DNA from: Candidatus Omnitrophota bacterium
Lineage (GTDB): Bacteria; Omnitrophota; Gorgyraeia; JAGLLT01
Direction: 5' to 3'
Assembly (NCBI GenBank): GCA_023140385.1
Contig: JAGLLT010000018.1
Span: forward strand, 6,071-70,070
Length of the DNA stretch: 64,000 nucleotides
A program made the position numbers and the translations under genes. Of the stretch, positions 1-9,276 are shown piece by piece. How positions within the stretch are numbered: the first letter of the stretch is position 1; every line of letters begins with the position of its first letter. The notes below the pieces were generated by a model, which searched no databases, was not told the DNA's origin, and saw nothing but the letters and a program-made list of their open reading frames with translations.

Positions 1-1
1 C

Positions 2-996
<995 letters not shown>

Positions 997-1012
<16 letters not shown>

Positions 1013-2529
1013 CGAACAAAAAAGGAATAGTTCTATCTTTTGCCTCCGGCATCCTCCTCTCTTTATCATTTCTGAATTTTGGATTAGATTGGTTTGTCTG
1101 GTTTGGATTGGTACCGCTTCTTATAGTTATCGAAAGAGAGGACAACTATAAGTTCCTCCTGAAGAAGTCGGCCTTGTGCGGTATAGTTTTTTTTGGAGCC
1201 GGCCTTTACTGGCTCTATTTTACTACCGCCTTCGGCCTGATAATAGTTACGCTTTACACCGCCTCCTATGTTGTTCTCTTTAGTCTTTTACTAAAATTCA
1301 TCAACAATAGAAAAGCATTAAGTCCCTTAAAGCGACTATTTCTTATACCTTCTTTGTGGATCTTGACAGAGTATGCCCGCGGCCACCTTTTTACCGGGTT
1401 TGGCTGGGCGGCTTTGGGTTACTCTCAATATGAAAACCTAAAGCTGATTCAGATTGCCGATTTTTGCGGTGTCTATGGGGTATCTTTTCTTATCGTGTTG
1501 GTTAACGCGGCTATCGCTGAAGTAGTCATTAATATCCGCCCGCTTTTTTTATTTAACAAAAAGGTTTTAATAAGAACGTGTGGTGTAGTTTTTATGGCCC
1601 TTTCTCTTGTTCTGTTGGTTTATATTTACGGGGATATTAAATTAAACACAACTGCTCCACCCGAAGAAGAAGTTAAGATATCGATTATTCAGGGCAACAT
1701 CAAACAGTCGCAAAAGTGGCACCCGTTTTACAAAAGCCTGATATTGAAAAAATATAAGATGCTGACAAAGATGGCCTCTTTTGACGAACCGGATATCATC
1801 ATCTGGCCGGAGACGTCTCTGCCGGGGTACCTTGATGAGTCCGAGCTTTTTAAAGAGATAAAAGAGCTTGCGCGGGATATAGAAATACCTCTGCTTATCG
1901 GGGCGGCAAGGATAGATAGCTGTGAGCAAAAGTATTATAACAGCGCGGTTTTATTTTCTAAAAAAGGAAGCCTGCTTAATGTTTATGATAAGATTCATCT
2001 TGTGCCCTTTGGAGAGTACATACCCTTTGATTTTATCTTCGGTTTTTTGAGAAATTACGCTGAGATAGCCGATTTTTCCAGAGGGGAAATTCATACTATA
2101 TTCGACGTGAAGCGGGTGGATTTCGGTGTTTTAATCTGCTTTGAAGATATATTTCCCGGCCTGGTCAGAACCTTTGTTGCCCGTGGAGCTGACTTTATGG
2201 TGAACATAACCAATGACGCATGGTTCTTGAAGTCAAGCGAGCCCTACCAGCACCTTTCAAACTCAGTATTCAGGGCCGTCGAAAACAGAATTAATGTAGT
2301 CAGGGCGGCTAATACAGGCATATCATGTTTTATCGACCCCTACGGCAGGATAACCGGCAAGGTTTCCTCTAAAGGCGAAGACATCTTTGTCGAGGGCTAT
2401 AGAACAGAAACGATTAAAATCAACAGAATCAACTCTTTCTATAGCCGCTTCGGAGACGTATTTATCCTAATAGCCTTAATTACAGCGACAGGCTGCGTCC
2501 TCGGGGCAGGCATAAAAAAAACTTTTTAG
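997..2529 (+). CDS. lnt: Apolipoprotein N-acyltransferase
   Basis: Multiple TM helices; nitrilase triad motifs [15 protein letters not shown] and ICFED; also NITNDAWF and RAANTGIS. Confidence 0.96.
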
Positions 2530-2545
2530 AAAACTGTTTTCATTT

Positions 2546-2626
2546 GATAAGATTAAGAGGTTGTTTTATGATTTAAAACAAAGGTGTAGTCAAGTCGAGA
2601 CTTGACCCCTTATTTGACCCCTTATT
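2546..2626 (+). repeat. Repeat copy 1: 3' end of a RAYT-like transposase (DKIKRLFYDLKQRCSQVET*) plus a palindromic REP-like end (GGTGTAGTCAAGTCGAGACTTGACCCCTTA), followed by an extra TTGACCCCTTATT
   Basis: 2547-2615 matches 3825-3893 with 2 mismatches. It contains the 8-bp inverted repeat GTCAAGTC/GACTTGAC. Confidence 0.85.
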
Positions 2627-2666
2627 CCGCATGCTAATCAAACAATTACTTGTGATTAGAAATTAA

Positions 2667-2695
2667 TTGATACTAAATTACTAAAATGGTATAAT
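2667..2695 (+). promoter_or_regulatory. Sigma70-type promoter of the TA operon (probably leaderless mRNA)
   Basis: TTGATA-17 nt-TATAAT with extended TGn; the ATG is 6 nt after the -10 box and has no RBS. Confidence 0.6.
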
Positions 2696-2701
2696 TAAAC
2701 T

Positions 2702-3010
2702 ATGATTAAGAATAAAAATGATATTATATCGGTAATTAAAAAACGTCGAAACGAGATTGAATCTTTTGGGGTTAAAAGGTTGGGTCTGTTTGGCTCCTTT
2801 GTCCGGCAGGAACAAGATTCGCAAAGTGATATAGATCTACTTGTGGAATTCGAACAAGATAAAAAAACTTTTGATAATTTTATACACCTTTCATTCTTAT
2901 TGGAAAATCTGCTTGAACATCATATAGAATTGGTTACTCCTGAATCACTAAGCCCTTACATTAAACCACATATTGTAAAAGAGGTTGAGTATGTTATTTC
3001 CCGGCTCTGA
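2702..3010 (+). CDS. Minimal nucleotidyltransferase (MNT/MntA-type) antitoxin
   Basis: LGLFGSFVR...SDIDLLVEF motif, 102 aa, overlaps the downstream HEPN-like ORF. Confidence 0.88.
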   Translation: MIKNKNDIISVIKKRRNEIESFGVKRLGLFGSFVRQEQDSQSDIDLLVEFEQDKKTFDNFIHLSFLLENLLEHHIELVTPESLSPYIKPHIVKEVEYVISRL

Positions 3011-3203
3011 ATGCTTAAGCCATATTCTTGATGAGACAAAATACCTTATAACTCAGACGAAAGGCCTTGAACAATCCGGTTTTGCTGAAAACGAAACATT
3101 GCAAAGAGCTTTTGCGCGTAGTATAGAAATAATCGAAGAAGCCACAAAGAAAATCCCTCCACTCCACCAAGAAATCAAAAAGATTATTGATAAAGAAAAA
3201 TAA
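2991..3203 (+). pseudogene. HepT/DUF86-like HEPN RNase toxin with internal deletion
   Basis: DUF86-like N-terminus (LSHILDE...LQRAFARSIEIIEEATKKIP) joined directly to a C-terminal-like helix; ~70 aa; no RxxxxH motif. Confidence 0.7.
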
Positions 3204-3379
3204 AAAACACATAACACCCATAATGCCCCGCTTATCAAGGGAAAAGATTTCCCCGGACAAGATTCTTAAAAATCCTTTAGAGTTGTAAAAATGAAGTTAT
3301 TTCATTTAGTTAAAGTGTTGGTTCATTCCAACCCTTTTAGGAAAGTTTAACAAAACTTAGCCCGCAAGAGGGCCTTAAT

Positions 3380-3456
3380 TATTATCAAGACACTACAGCT
3401 GACCGTAGCCCGCGCCGAAAAGGCGCGTGTGCTGGTAGGTGATGTCAATGTTGGAA
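3380..3456 (+). other. Degenerate integron attC-like site
   Basis: TATTATC (R''-like, AAC>ATC), 5 nt, ACTACAGCTGACC, central hairpin CGCGCC-GAAAA-GGCGCG, GGTAGGTGATG, 5 nt, GTTGGAA (R'-like). It lies just upstream of a small ORF. Confidence 0.5.
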
Positions 3457-3470
3457 GAAAGATTTCTGAA

Positions 3471-3707
3471 ATGAATAATGCGATTGAACGGAACCTTGGA
3501 GAGCAACCCATCACACGAATTATGGCGGGCCATGGTATTAAAGCACAGAACCTTGTCGCTATCTCAACTGAACAGATCACTCACAAGATGGTATCCCGGG
3601 CGTGCAAAGGTAGAAGGTTAACACCTGGCTCCCAATCCAAGATTCGCAACGCGTTGAATAAGTCCACGGGCAAAAAGTATTCTATGAAGGAACTGTTTAC
3701 CTATTAA
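3471..3707 (+). CDS. Small conserved-looking hypothetical protein, possibly HTH-like
   Basis: 78-aa basic ORF from ATG 3471 (LGEQP...ITHKMVSRACKGRRLT...ELFTY); position resembles a gene cassette. Confidence 0.65.
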   Translation: MNNAIERNLGEQPITRIMAGHGIKAQNLVAISTEQITHKMVSRACKGRRLTPGSQSKIRNALNKSTGKKYSMKELFTY

Positions 3708-3738
3708 CTTGTGCTATGAATGTTATAAGGAAAGACCT

Positions 3739-3822
3739 GTGGATGGGAAAAAAGATTGAATATAAAGCAAGGCATTAAGGTCAAGATAGTATTAAAACAA
3801 GACCAAAAAAGTGGTAAATTAA
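3739..3822 (+). pseudogene. 5' fragment of a ywbE-family (DUF2196) gene
   Basis: RBS AAGGA + GTG; reads MDGKK, then (one base missing in an A6 run) RLNIKQGIKVKIVLKQDQKSGKL; interrupted at 3822. Confidence 0.7.
3755..3822 (+). repeat. 68-bp perfect direct repeat, copy A (copy B at 5583-5650)
   Basis: Base-by-base identity: ATTGAATATAAAGCAAGG...GTGGTAAATTAA. Confidence 0.95.
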
Positions 3823-3824
3823 TA

Positions 3825-3942
3825 ATAAGATTAAGAAGTTGTTTTTTGATTTAAAACAAAGGTGTAGTCAAGTCGAGACTTGACCCCTTATTTTAAATAA
3901 AACAAAGGTGTAGTCAAGTCGAGACTTGACCCCTTATTTTAA
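3825..3942 (+). repeat. Repeat copies 2 and 3: transposase 3' end plus REP-like palindrome, tandemly duplicated with a 46-bp period
   Basis: TAAAACAAAGGTGTAGTCAAGTCGAGACTTGACCCCTTATTTTAA at 3852-3896 and 3898-3942. Confidence 0.9.
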
Positions 3943-3954
3943 TAAAAGGACACG

Positions 3955-5427
3955 ATGAAAAATAAAATTTCTATTATAACTCTTGGCAGTGCCTTAGTAA
4001 CGGGTATTTTATTTAATCATTTGTTTTATGGTAAGGTGCCCGGTATATCCTTTGCGATCTTTTTTTATTTTACTTTGGCATGTATTGTAGTTTTTGCACG
4101 ATTTTCAAAGTGCTCTTTCAATCCGCCACAAATTCTCATGATGGGCGGTGTGTTGATTTTCTCGTTTTTCTTTTGTTATCGTGCGGCTCCGGAATTAGTG
4201 CTCATTAATTTTTGTTTGACAATCTATTTTTTTACATTGGTTTTCTCAAATCATCTGACGGGCAGGTCGATAAAAGGCCAAAATTTTATTGATTATTTCT
4301 TCCTGCCTTTCAGATTTTTTATCAGATCATATAGTTATGGAGGAAAAGAAGTTTTAAATAAGTGTCGGGTGCGAAATGAGACTCACTTAAGCATTGCGAA
4401 AAGGTTCCTTATTGGTTTATTGATTGCCATACCGCTTCTTCTATTAATTAGCTTGCTAATGAGTAGCGCTGATCAGATTTTTAAGAAATTAGCAGATTCT
4501 TTCTGGGAGTTTTTCAGAGAATATCTACTGGAAGGAATTGGACGCGGGATCCTTATTCTTATCGTTACGGTTCTTTATGCAGGAATTTATTCTTGGAAGT
4601 ACAGAAAGGGAGAGGAGGATGTAAAAAGATTTGTTACAACCCCCTCTAAGCAACGGGGTTTTGTGGAAGGCACTGTTATTATAACTCTCCTGAATGTTCT
4701 TTTTTTGATATTTACGGGTATACAAGTAATTTTTTTATTGGGGAAAGAAGAACAAATTACACGTTTAGGTGTTACTTATTCGGTATATGCCAGGCAGGGG
4801 TTCTGGCAAATGGTCTGCATAGCTATTATAGTTTTAATTATATCAATTTTATTAGAGGGAAAGATGGGTCGAAATACGGATAAGCAAAGACGTATTCATA
4901 AAATCAATCTTTGTTTAACCAGTTTAATGATGACGGTGGTTATGATTTCTGCCTTTTATCGTCTTTGGTTATATGAGCAAAGTTATGGGTTTACTGTTTT
5001 GCGGTTTTATAGTCATACATTTATTATCTATGTTGCTGCCGTCTTTGTAATTTTAAGTACAAAAATATTAAAAGAGCATAGTTCACAGAAATTTTTATTT
5101 AATAGTTTTGTTGCCACGCTTCTCCTTTTTGTTTTTTGGAATGTTTCGAACCCTCATTACTTTATTGCTTCAATCAATTTAAATCGTCATAAGACAAGTG
5201 TAAGAGAACTCGATATTTCATATCTTAATCAACTCTCGGATGATGCAATACCGGCTATAACATCTGCATTAAATGAAGAGCGGGATGATCCAGCATATGA
5301 AAAATTAAGAGAGCATCTTATTAAGAGGAGAGTTAAAATTCAAAAAAGGATTGAGAATAAGACTTTGCTTTCTCAAAATATAGCAACACTTAAAGCTTTG
5401 ACGGAGATAGATCGTATATTGAAATAG
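3955..5427 (+). CDS. DUF4153/DUF4173-family polytopic membrane protein
   Basis: Many TM helices; motifs YARQGFWQM, RLWLYEQSYGFTVLRFY and LDISYLNQLSDDAIP; RBS AAAGGA. Confidence 0.85.
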   Translation: MKNKISIITLGSALVTGILFNHLFYGKVPGISFAIFFYFTLACIVVFARFSKCSFNPPQILMMGGVLIFSFFFCYRAAPELVLINFCLTIYFFTLVFSNHLTGRSIKGQNFIDYFFLPFRFFIRSYSYGGKEVLNKCRVRNETHLSIAKRFLIGLLIAIPLLLLISLLMSSADQIFKKLADSFWEFFREYLLEGIGRGILILIVTVLYAGIYSWKYRKGEEDVKRFVTTPSKQRGFVEGTVIITLLNVLFLIFTGIQVIFLLGKEEQITRLGVTYSVYARQGFWQMVCIAIIVLIISILLEGKMGRNTDKQRRIHKINLCLTSLMMTVVMISAFYRLWLYEQSYGFTVLRFYSHTFIIYVAAVFVILSTKILKEHSSQKFLFNSFVATLLLFVFWNVSNPHYFIASINLNRHKTSVRELDISYLNQLSDDAIPAITSALNEERDDPAYEKLREHLIKRRVKIQKRIENKTLLSQNIATLKALTEIDRILK

Positions 5428-5429
5428 TT

Positions 5430-5457
5430 TAAGGGGTTAAGTCTTGGCTTGACTACA
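5430..5457 (-). repeat. Inverted copy of the REP-like palindromic end
   Basis: Reverse complement TGTAGTCAAGCCAAGACTTAACCCCTTA versus TGTAGTCAAGTCGAGACTTGACCCCTTA (25/28 identical). Confidence 0.85.
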
Positions 5458-5527
5458 TGTTGATAGTTTGACATAATCCGTCCAATATTGATTAAATGTA
5501 CCTAAAATAAATAATCAAAAAAAACAA

Positions 5528-5587
5528 ATGGCCAGACCACTGGGTATATTATTTGAAGGAGCATATTGTCACATTATAAATTATTGA
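5528..5587 (+). mobile_element. N-terminal remnant of a REP-associated tyrosine (Y1/RAYT-like) transposase
   Basis: ATG 5528 reads MARPLGILFEGAYCHIIN(Y*), resembling the typical RAYT start MARPLRIEFxGAxYHVxxRG; truncated at the ywbE duplication junction. Confidence 0.7.
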
Positions 5588-5760
5588 ATATAAAGCAAGG
5601 CATTAAGGTCAAGATAGTATTAAAACAAGACCAAAAAAGTGGTAAATTAACCGAAGGAATTGTTAAAGATATCTTAACAAAGTCTCCTTCACATCCTCAC
5701 GGCATAAAGATAAGATTGACTAGTGGAGAAGTGGGACGAGTTAAAGAGATATGCGGATGA
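5566..5760 (+). CDS. YwbE-family (DUF2196) protein with a chimeric N-terminus
   Basis: VLKQDQKSGKLTEGIVKDILTKSPSHPHGIKIRLTSGEVGRV is the YwbE signature; the first residues come from the transposase remnant. Confidence 0.8.
   Translation: MSHYKLLNIKQGIKVKIVLKQDQKSGKLTEGIVKDILTKSPSHPHGIKIRLTSGEVGRVKEICG
5583..5650 (+). repeat. 68-bp perfect direct repeat, copy B
   Basis: Identical to 3755-3822. Confidence 0.95.
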
Positions 5761-5902
5761 CAAAAAAGAGATAGCTTGACATTTACAATTATTTATCTAA
5801 CCGCTTACTATATTAGAAAAATATAGAAAATAGCAACCAGCCATCCCTTTACGCAGAAACGCGCATTCCTTATTTTCTGAGGGAAGTACGCCCGCATTAG
5901 TG

Positions 5903-5931
5903 TTGACACTTACCTTATTATAATATATAAT
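5903..5931 (+). promoter_or_regulatory. Consensus sigma70 promoter for the lysS operon
   Basis: TTGACA (5903-5908), 17 nt, TATAAT (5926-5931); RBS AAGGAGG follows. Confidence 0.8.
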
Positions 5932-5956
5932 CACCAGTAAGGAGGGGTTTATTTGA

Positions 5957-7402
5957 ATGGAAAATTTGAACGAGATTATTCGGCAAAGAATAAATAAATT
6001 AAAAGAGATTAAAGAAAAAAATATTGATCCTTACGGCCGTAAGTTTGAGCGTAGCCACAGTATTAACGAAGCTGTGAACTCTTTTGATGAAACAAAAGAG
6101 GTAATCGTAAAGACAGCCGGCAGGATTAGAGCCTTAAGGGGCCACGGCAAAAGCTCCTTTTTGGATATTAGAGATGAGGATGGAAAAATTCAGCTCTACG
6201 TTAAGAAGGGGCTGATTAGTGAAGATGAGTACTGGCTTTTTGAGAGGCTGGATATCGGCGATATCATCGGGATTGAAGGCAGGCTTTTTAAGACCAGAAG
6301 CGGCGAAGTTACTATCGAGGTTAAATCTTTGACGCTTCTTTCTAAGTCATTAAGGCCTCTTCCTGAGAAGTGGCACGGCCTGAAGGATGTTGAAGCCAGA
6401 TACAGACAGCGTTATCTTGATTTGATTTCCAATGAGGAAGTAAGAAAAACCTTTAAGTTAAGAACGCGGATTGTCAGTAAGATAAAGGAGTTTTTAGACA
6501 AAAAGGGTTATCTTGAAGTAGAGACGCCTATGATGCATATTGTGCCGGGTGGAGCCGCCGGCAGGCCCTTCAAGACTCACCATAACGTCTATGATATTGA
6601 TTTGTACTTAAGAATCGCGCCTGAGCTGTACCTGAAAAAGCTGTTGGTAGGAGGCTTTGAAAAAATTTATGAGATTAATCGCTCCTTTAGAAACGAGGGC
6701 ATCTCTGTAAAACATAATCCGGAGTTTACTATGCTGGAGGTTTATCAGGCCTACGGGGACTATGAAGAGATGATGGACTTAATCGAGGAGTTGGTTACTT
6801 ATGTGGCTCAGGAGGTGCTGGGAACACTGAAGATTACTTATCAAGGGGAGGAGATTGATTTAAAGCGTCCGTGGAAGAGGCAGTCTTTTGCCGAGGCGCT
6901 GGGAATCAGCCCGGAAGAAAAGGATCCGGCCGCCTGGAAAAAGATTTTATGCGCAAAGTTTGGCCTTGATATAAATGAAAAGATAAGCCGATCAGCCCTT
7001 TTAAATGTGGCGGAAGATTTGCTTGATGAAAAGGAAAAGAATAATCCGACCTTCTTTACCGACTATTTTACCGAGGTAAGCCCTTTAGCCAAGACGAGAA
7101 AAGACAGGCCTCTTCTGGCTGAAAGATTTGAACTTTTTGTCGGGGGGATGGAGATAGCCAATGCTTATTCGGAGCTCAATGATCCGCTTGAACAGGCCGA
7201 GCGCATAAGAGTTCAGCAGGAGGATGACGAAGAAAGACTGCATAAAATTGATAAAGACTTTATCACCGCCCTCGAGTATGGCATGCCTCCCGCGGGAGGC
7301 CTGGGCATAGGCATTGACAGGCTGGTGATGCTTTTGGCCGACAAAGCTTCTATTAGAGAGGTGATTTTATTTCCCCAGTTAAAACCGGAAAAACAGGATT
7401 AA
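5957..7402 (+). CDS. lysS: Lysine--tRNA ligase (class II)
   Basis: RYRQRYLDLI, LRIAPELYLK, FRNEG...HNPEFT, YGMPPAGGLGIGIDRL. Confidence 0.98.
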   Translation: MENLNEIIRQRINKLKEIKEKNIDPYGRKFERSHSINEAVNSFDETKEVIVKTAGRIRALRGHGKSSFLDIRDEDGKIQLYVKKGLISEDEYWLFERLDIGDIIGIEGRLFKTRSGEVTIEVKSLTLLSKSLRPLPEKWHGLKDVEARYRQRYLDLISNEEVRKTFKLRTRIVSKIKEFLDKKGYLEVETPMMHIVPGGAAGRPFKTHHNVYDIDLYLRIAPELYLKKLLVGGFEKIYEINRSFRNEGISVKHNPEFTMLEVYQAYGDYEEMMDLIEELVTYVAQEVLGTLKITYQGEEIDLKRPWKRQSFAEALGISPEEKDPAAWKKILCAKFGLDINEKISRSALLNVAEDLLDEKEKNNPTFFTDYFTEVSPLAKTRKDRPLLAERFELFVGGMEIANAYSELNDPLEQAERIRVQQEDDEERLHKIDKDFITALEYGMPPAGGLGIGIDRLVMLLADKASIREVILFPQLKPEKQD

Positions 7403-8584
7403 ATGAGATTTGAATTAGGTGTTGCTTTACGTTATTTGAGGTCGGGGCATAAGAGTAAATTTATCTCTGCCGTTACTATTTTTTCCGTGCTTGGAGTCGC
7501 GGTAGGGGTTATGGCCTTAATAATTGTCCTGGCGGTGATGAGCGGTTTTGATAATGACTTGAGGGAAAAGATTGTGGGGGTCAACCCCCAGGTTTATGTT
7601 CAGGCGGCAGAAGGAATCACTTTTCCTTATGAAGTTATTAAAGAGATAAAGGATATTGAACACGTAGTAGCAGCCAGCCCTTTTATCGAAGGACAGGCGC
7701 TTCTTTTTAAGAATAAATACGCCCAGGGCGTAATGATGAGGGGCATTAACTCTCAACTGGAACCGGAGGTAACAAGGCTAAGGGAGTATTTAATCGCGGG
7801 ATACCTGCCTGAGGCCGAAAACAGCATCCTTGTCGGAAAGGAGCTGGCCAGAACATTTAATCTGGGCGTTGGCAGTATTATTACGGTGGTCTCTCCGGTA
7901 AAGGAGAAGAAGTATAAATTTACAGTCTGCGGCATCTTTAATACCGGTATGTATGACTATGATGCCAGCTGGACTTATATAAGTCTTTCCGACGCCGGAA
8001 CATTCTTTGATACTGATGGCGCGGTAAGCGCGGTGGGTGTTAAGATTGATGACTTGTTTAAGGCGGAAGAGGTTAAAAAAGACATTTTAAAAAAACTGGG
8101 GTATTCTTATTGGGTAAGGACCTGGATGGAGGTTAACCGTAGTTTTTTTTCATCTCTTAAGCTGGAAAAGACGGTGATGTTTATCATTGTGGCCTTGATT
8201 GTAATGGTGGCTTCTTTTAACATTATCAGTACATTGATAATGATGGTGATGGAAAAGACAAAAGATATAGGCATCCTGAAATCACTTGGAGCCAGTAGAA
8301 TAAGCATCGCGCTTATATTTACTTTTTGCGGAGTAATTATTGGAACCCTGGGAACGGTTGTAGGGGCGGGGAGCGGATTTTTGGCCTGCCATCTGCTTGA
8401 AAAGTATGAGTTTATTAAACTACCGGCCGATATTTATTATGTCTCGACCCTGCCGGTTCAGATACAATGGAACGATTCAATACTAATTGCCGTTTCCGCG
8501 GTGGCACTGTCATTTTTAGCTACCCTGTACCCCGCTTATCAGGCGGCCGGGCTTAATCCGGTTGAGGCGTTAAGGTATGAATAA
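7403..8584 (+). CDS. lolE: Lipoprotein-releasing ABC transporter permease (LolC/E family)
   Basis: GVMALIIVLAVMSGF, FNIISTLIMMVMEKTKDIGILKSLGA, and C-terminal PVEALRYE. Confidence 0.92.
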   Translation: MRFELGVALRYLRSGHKSKFISAVTIFSVLGVAVGVMALIIVLAVMSGFDNDLREKIVGVNPQVYVQAAEGITFPYEVIKEIKDIEHVVAASPFIEGQALLFKNKYAQGVMMRGINSQLEPEVTRLREYLIAGYLPEAENSILVGKELARTFNLGVGSIITVVSPVKEKKYKFTVCGIFNTGMYDYDASWTYISLSDAGTFFDTDGAVSAVGVKIDDLFKAEEVKKDILKKLGYSYWVRTWMEVNRSFFSSLKLEKTVMFIIVALIVMVASFNIISTLIMMVMEKTKDIGILKSLGASRISIALIFTFCGVIIGTLGTVVGAGSGFLACHLLEKYEFIKLPADIYYVSTLPVQIQWNDSILIAVSAVALSFLATLYPAYQAAGLNPVEALRYE

Positions 8585-9269
8585 TCTTATTTTAAAAGCC
8601 TATAACCTGCACAAAAGATATCCCAGCGGATACGAAAAATTAGACGTTCTTAAAGGCCTTGATATAGAAATTTCAAAGGGAGAAATCCTGATGGTTATGG
8701 GCCGCTCCGGAGCCGGGAAATCTACCCTGCTTCATATTTTGGGCGGGCTGGATTTTCCTTCCGAGGGCAGGGTTTTAATGAACGACGTAGACATTTATAA
8801 ATTAAACGACAGCAAAAGAGCTTCTTTGCGGAATGAAAAGATTGGCTTTATATTTCAGTTTTTTCACCTTTTGCCGGAGTTTACGGCGCTGGAAAATGTA
8901 ATGCTGCCGGCGGTTATTAATAAAGCAAGAAGGGCGGGCAGAAAAGGCCTTCGTAAAAGGGCAAGCCGCTTAATTGAACAGGTAGGTTTATCGGAAAGGG
9001 CTAATCACAGGCCGGGTGAGCTCTCAGGCGGCGAGCAGCAGAGGGTTGCTGTAGCGCGGGCTCTGATAAATGAACCCGAACTTGTGCTATGCGATGAGCC
9101 TACGGGAAATCTGGACTCAGAGAACTCGGGCAGGCTGGTTGATTTACTGAAGGAACTAAATAACAAAAATAAACAAACCTTTATGATTGTCAGCCACGAT
9201 GAGACAATAAGTGAGGCGGCTCACAGGGTTGTTAAAATTGAAGACGGCAGGATTATCGGAAGGAGCTGA
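8577..9269 (+). CDS. lolD: Lipoprotein-releasing ABC transporter ATP-binding protein
   Basis: [35 protein letters not shown]; overlaps lolE. Confidence 0.92.
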   Translation: MNNLILKAYNLHKRYPSGYEKLDVLKGLDIEISKGEILMVMGRSGAGKSTLLHILGGLDFPSEGRVLMNDVDIYKLNDSKRASLRNEKIGFIFQFFHLLPEFTALENVMLPAVINKARRAGRKGLRKRASRLIEQVGLSERANHRPGELSGGEQQRVAVARALINEPELVLCDEPTGNLDSENSGRLVDLLKELNNKNKQTFMIVSHDETISEAAHRVVKIEDGRIIGRS

Positions 9270-9276
9270 AGAGGAG

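Noticed and set aside
3429-3470. GTG start extension of the 92-aa ORF
   Set aside because: The extension lies inside the attC-like hairpin; ATG 3471 is the more plausible start.
2576-3942. Palindromic ~30-bp repeats as a CRISPR array
   Set aside because: Spacing is irregular (1.3 kb, then 46 bp with no unique spacer), one copy is inverted and there are no cas genes; better explained as transposase ends.
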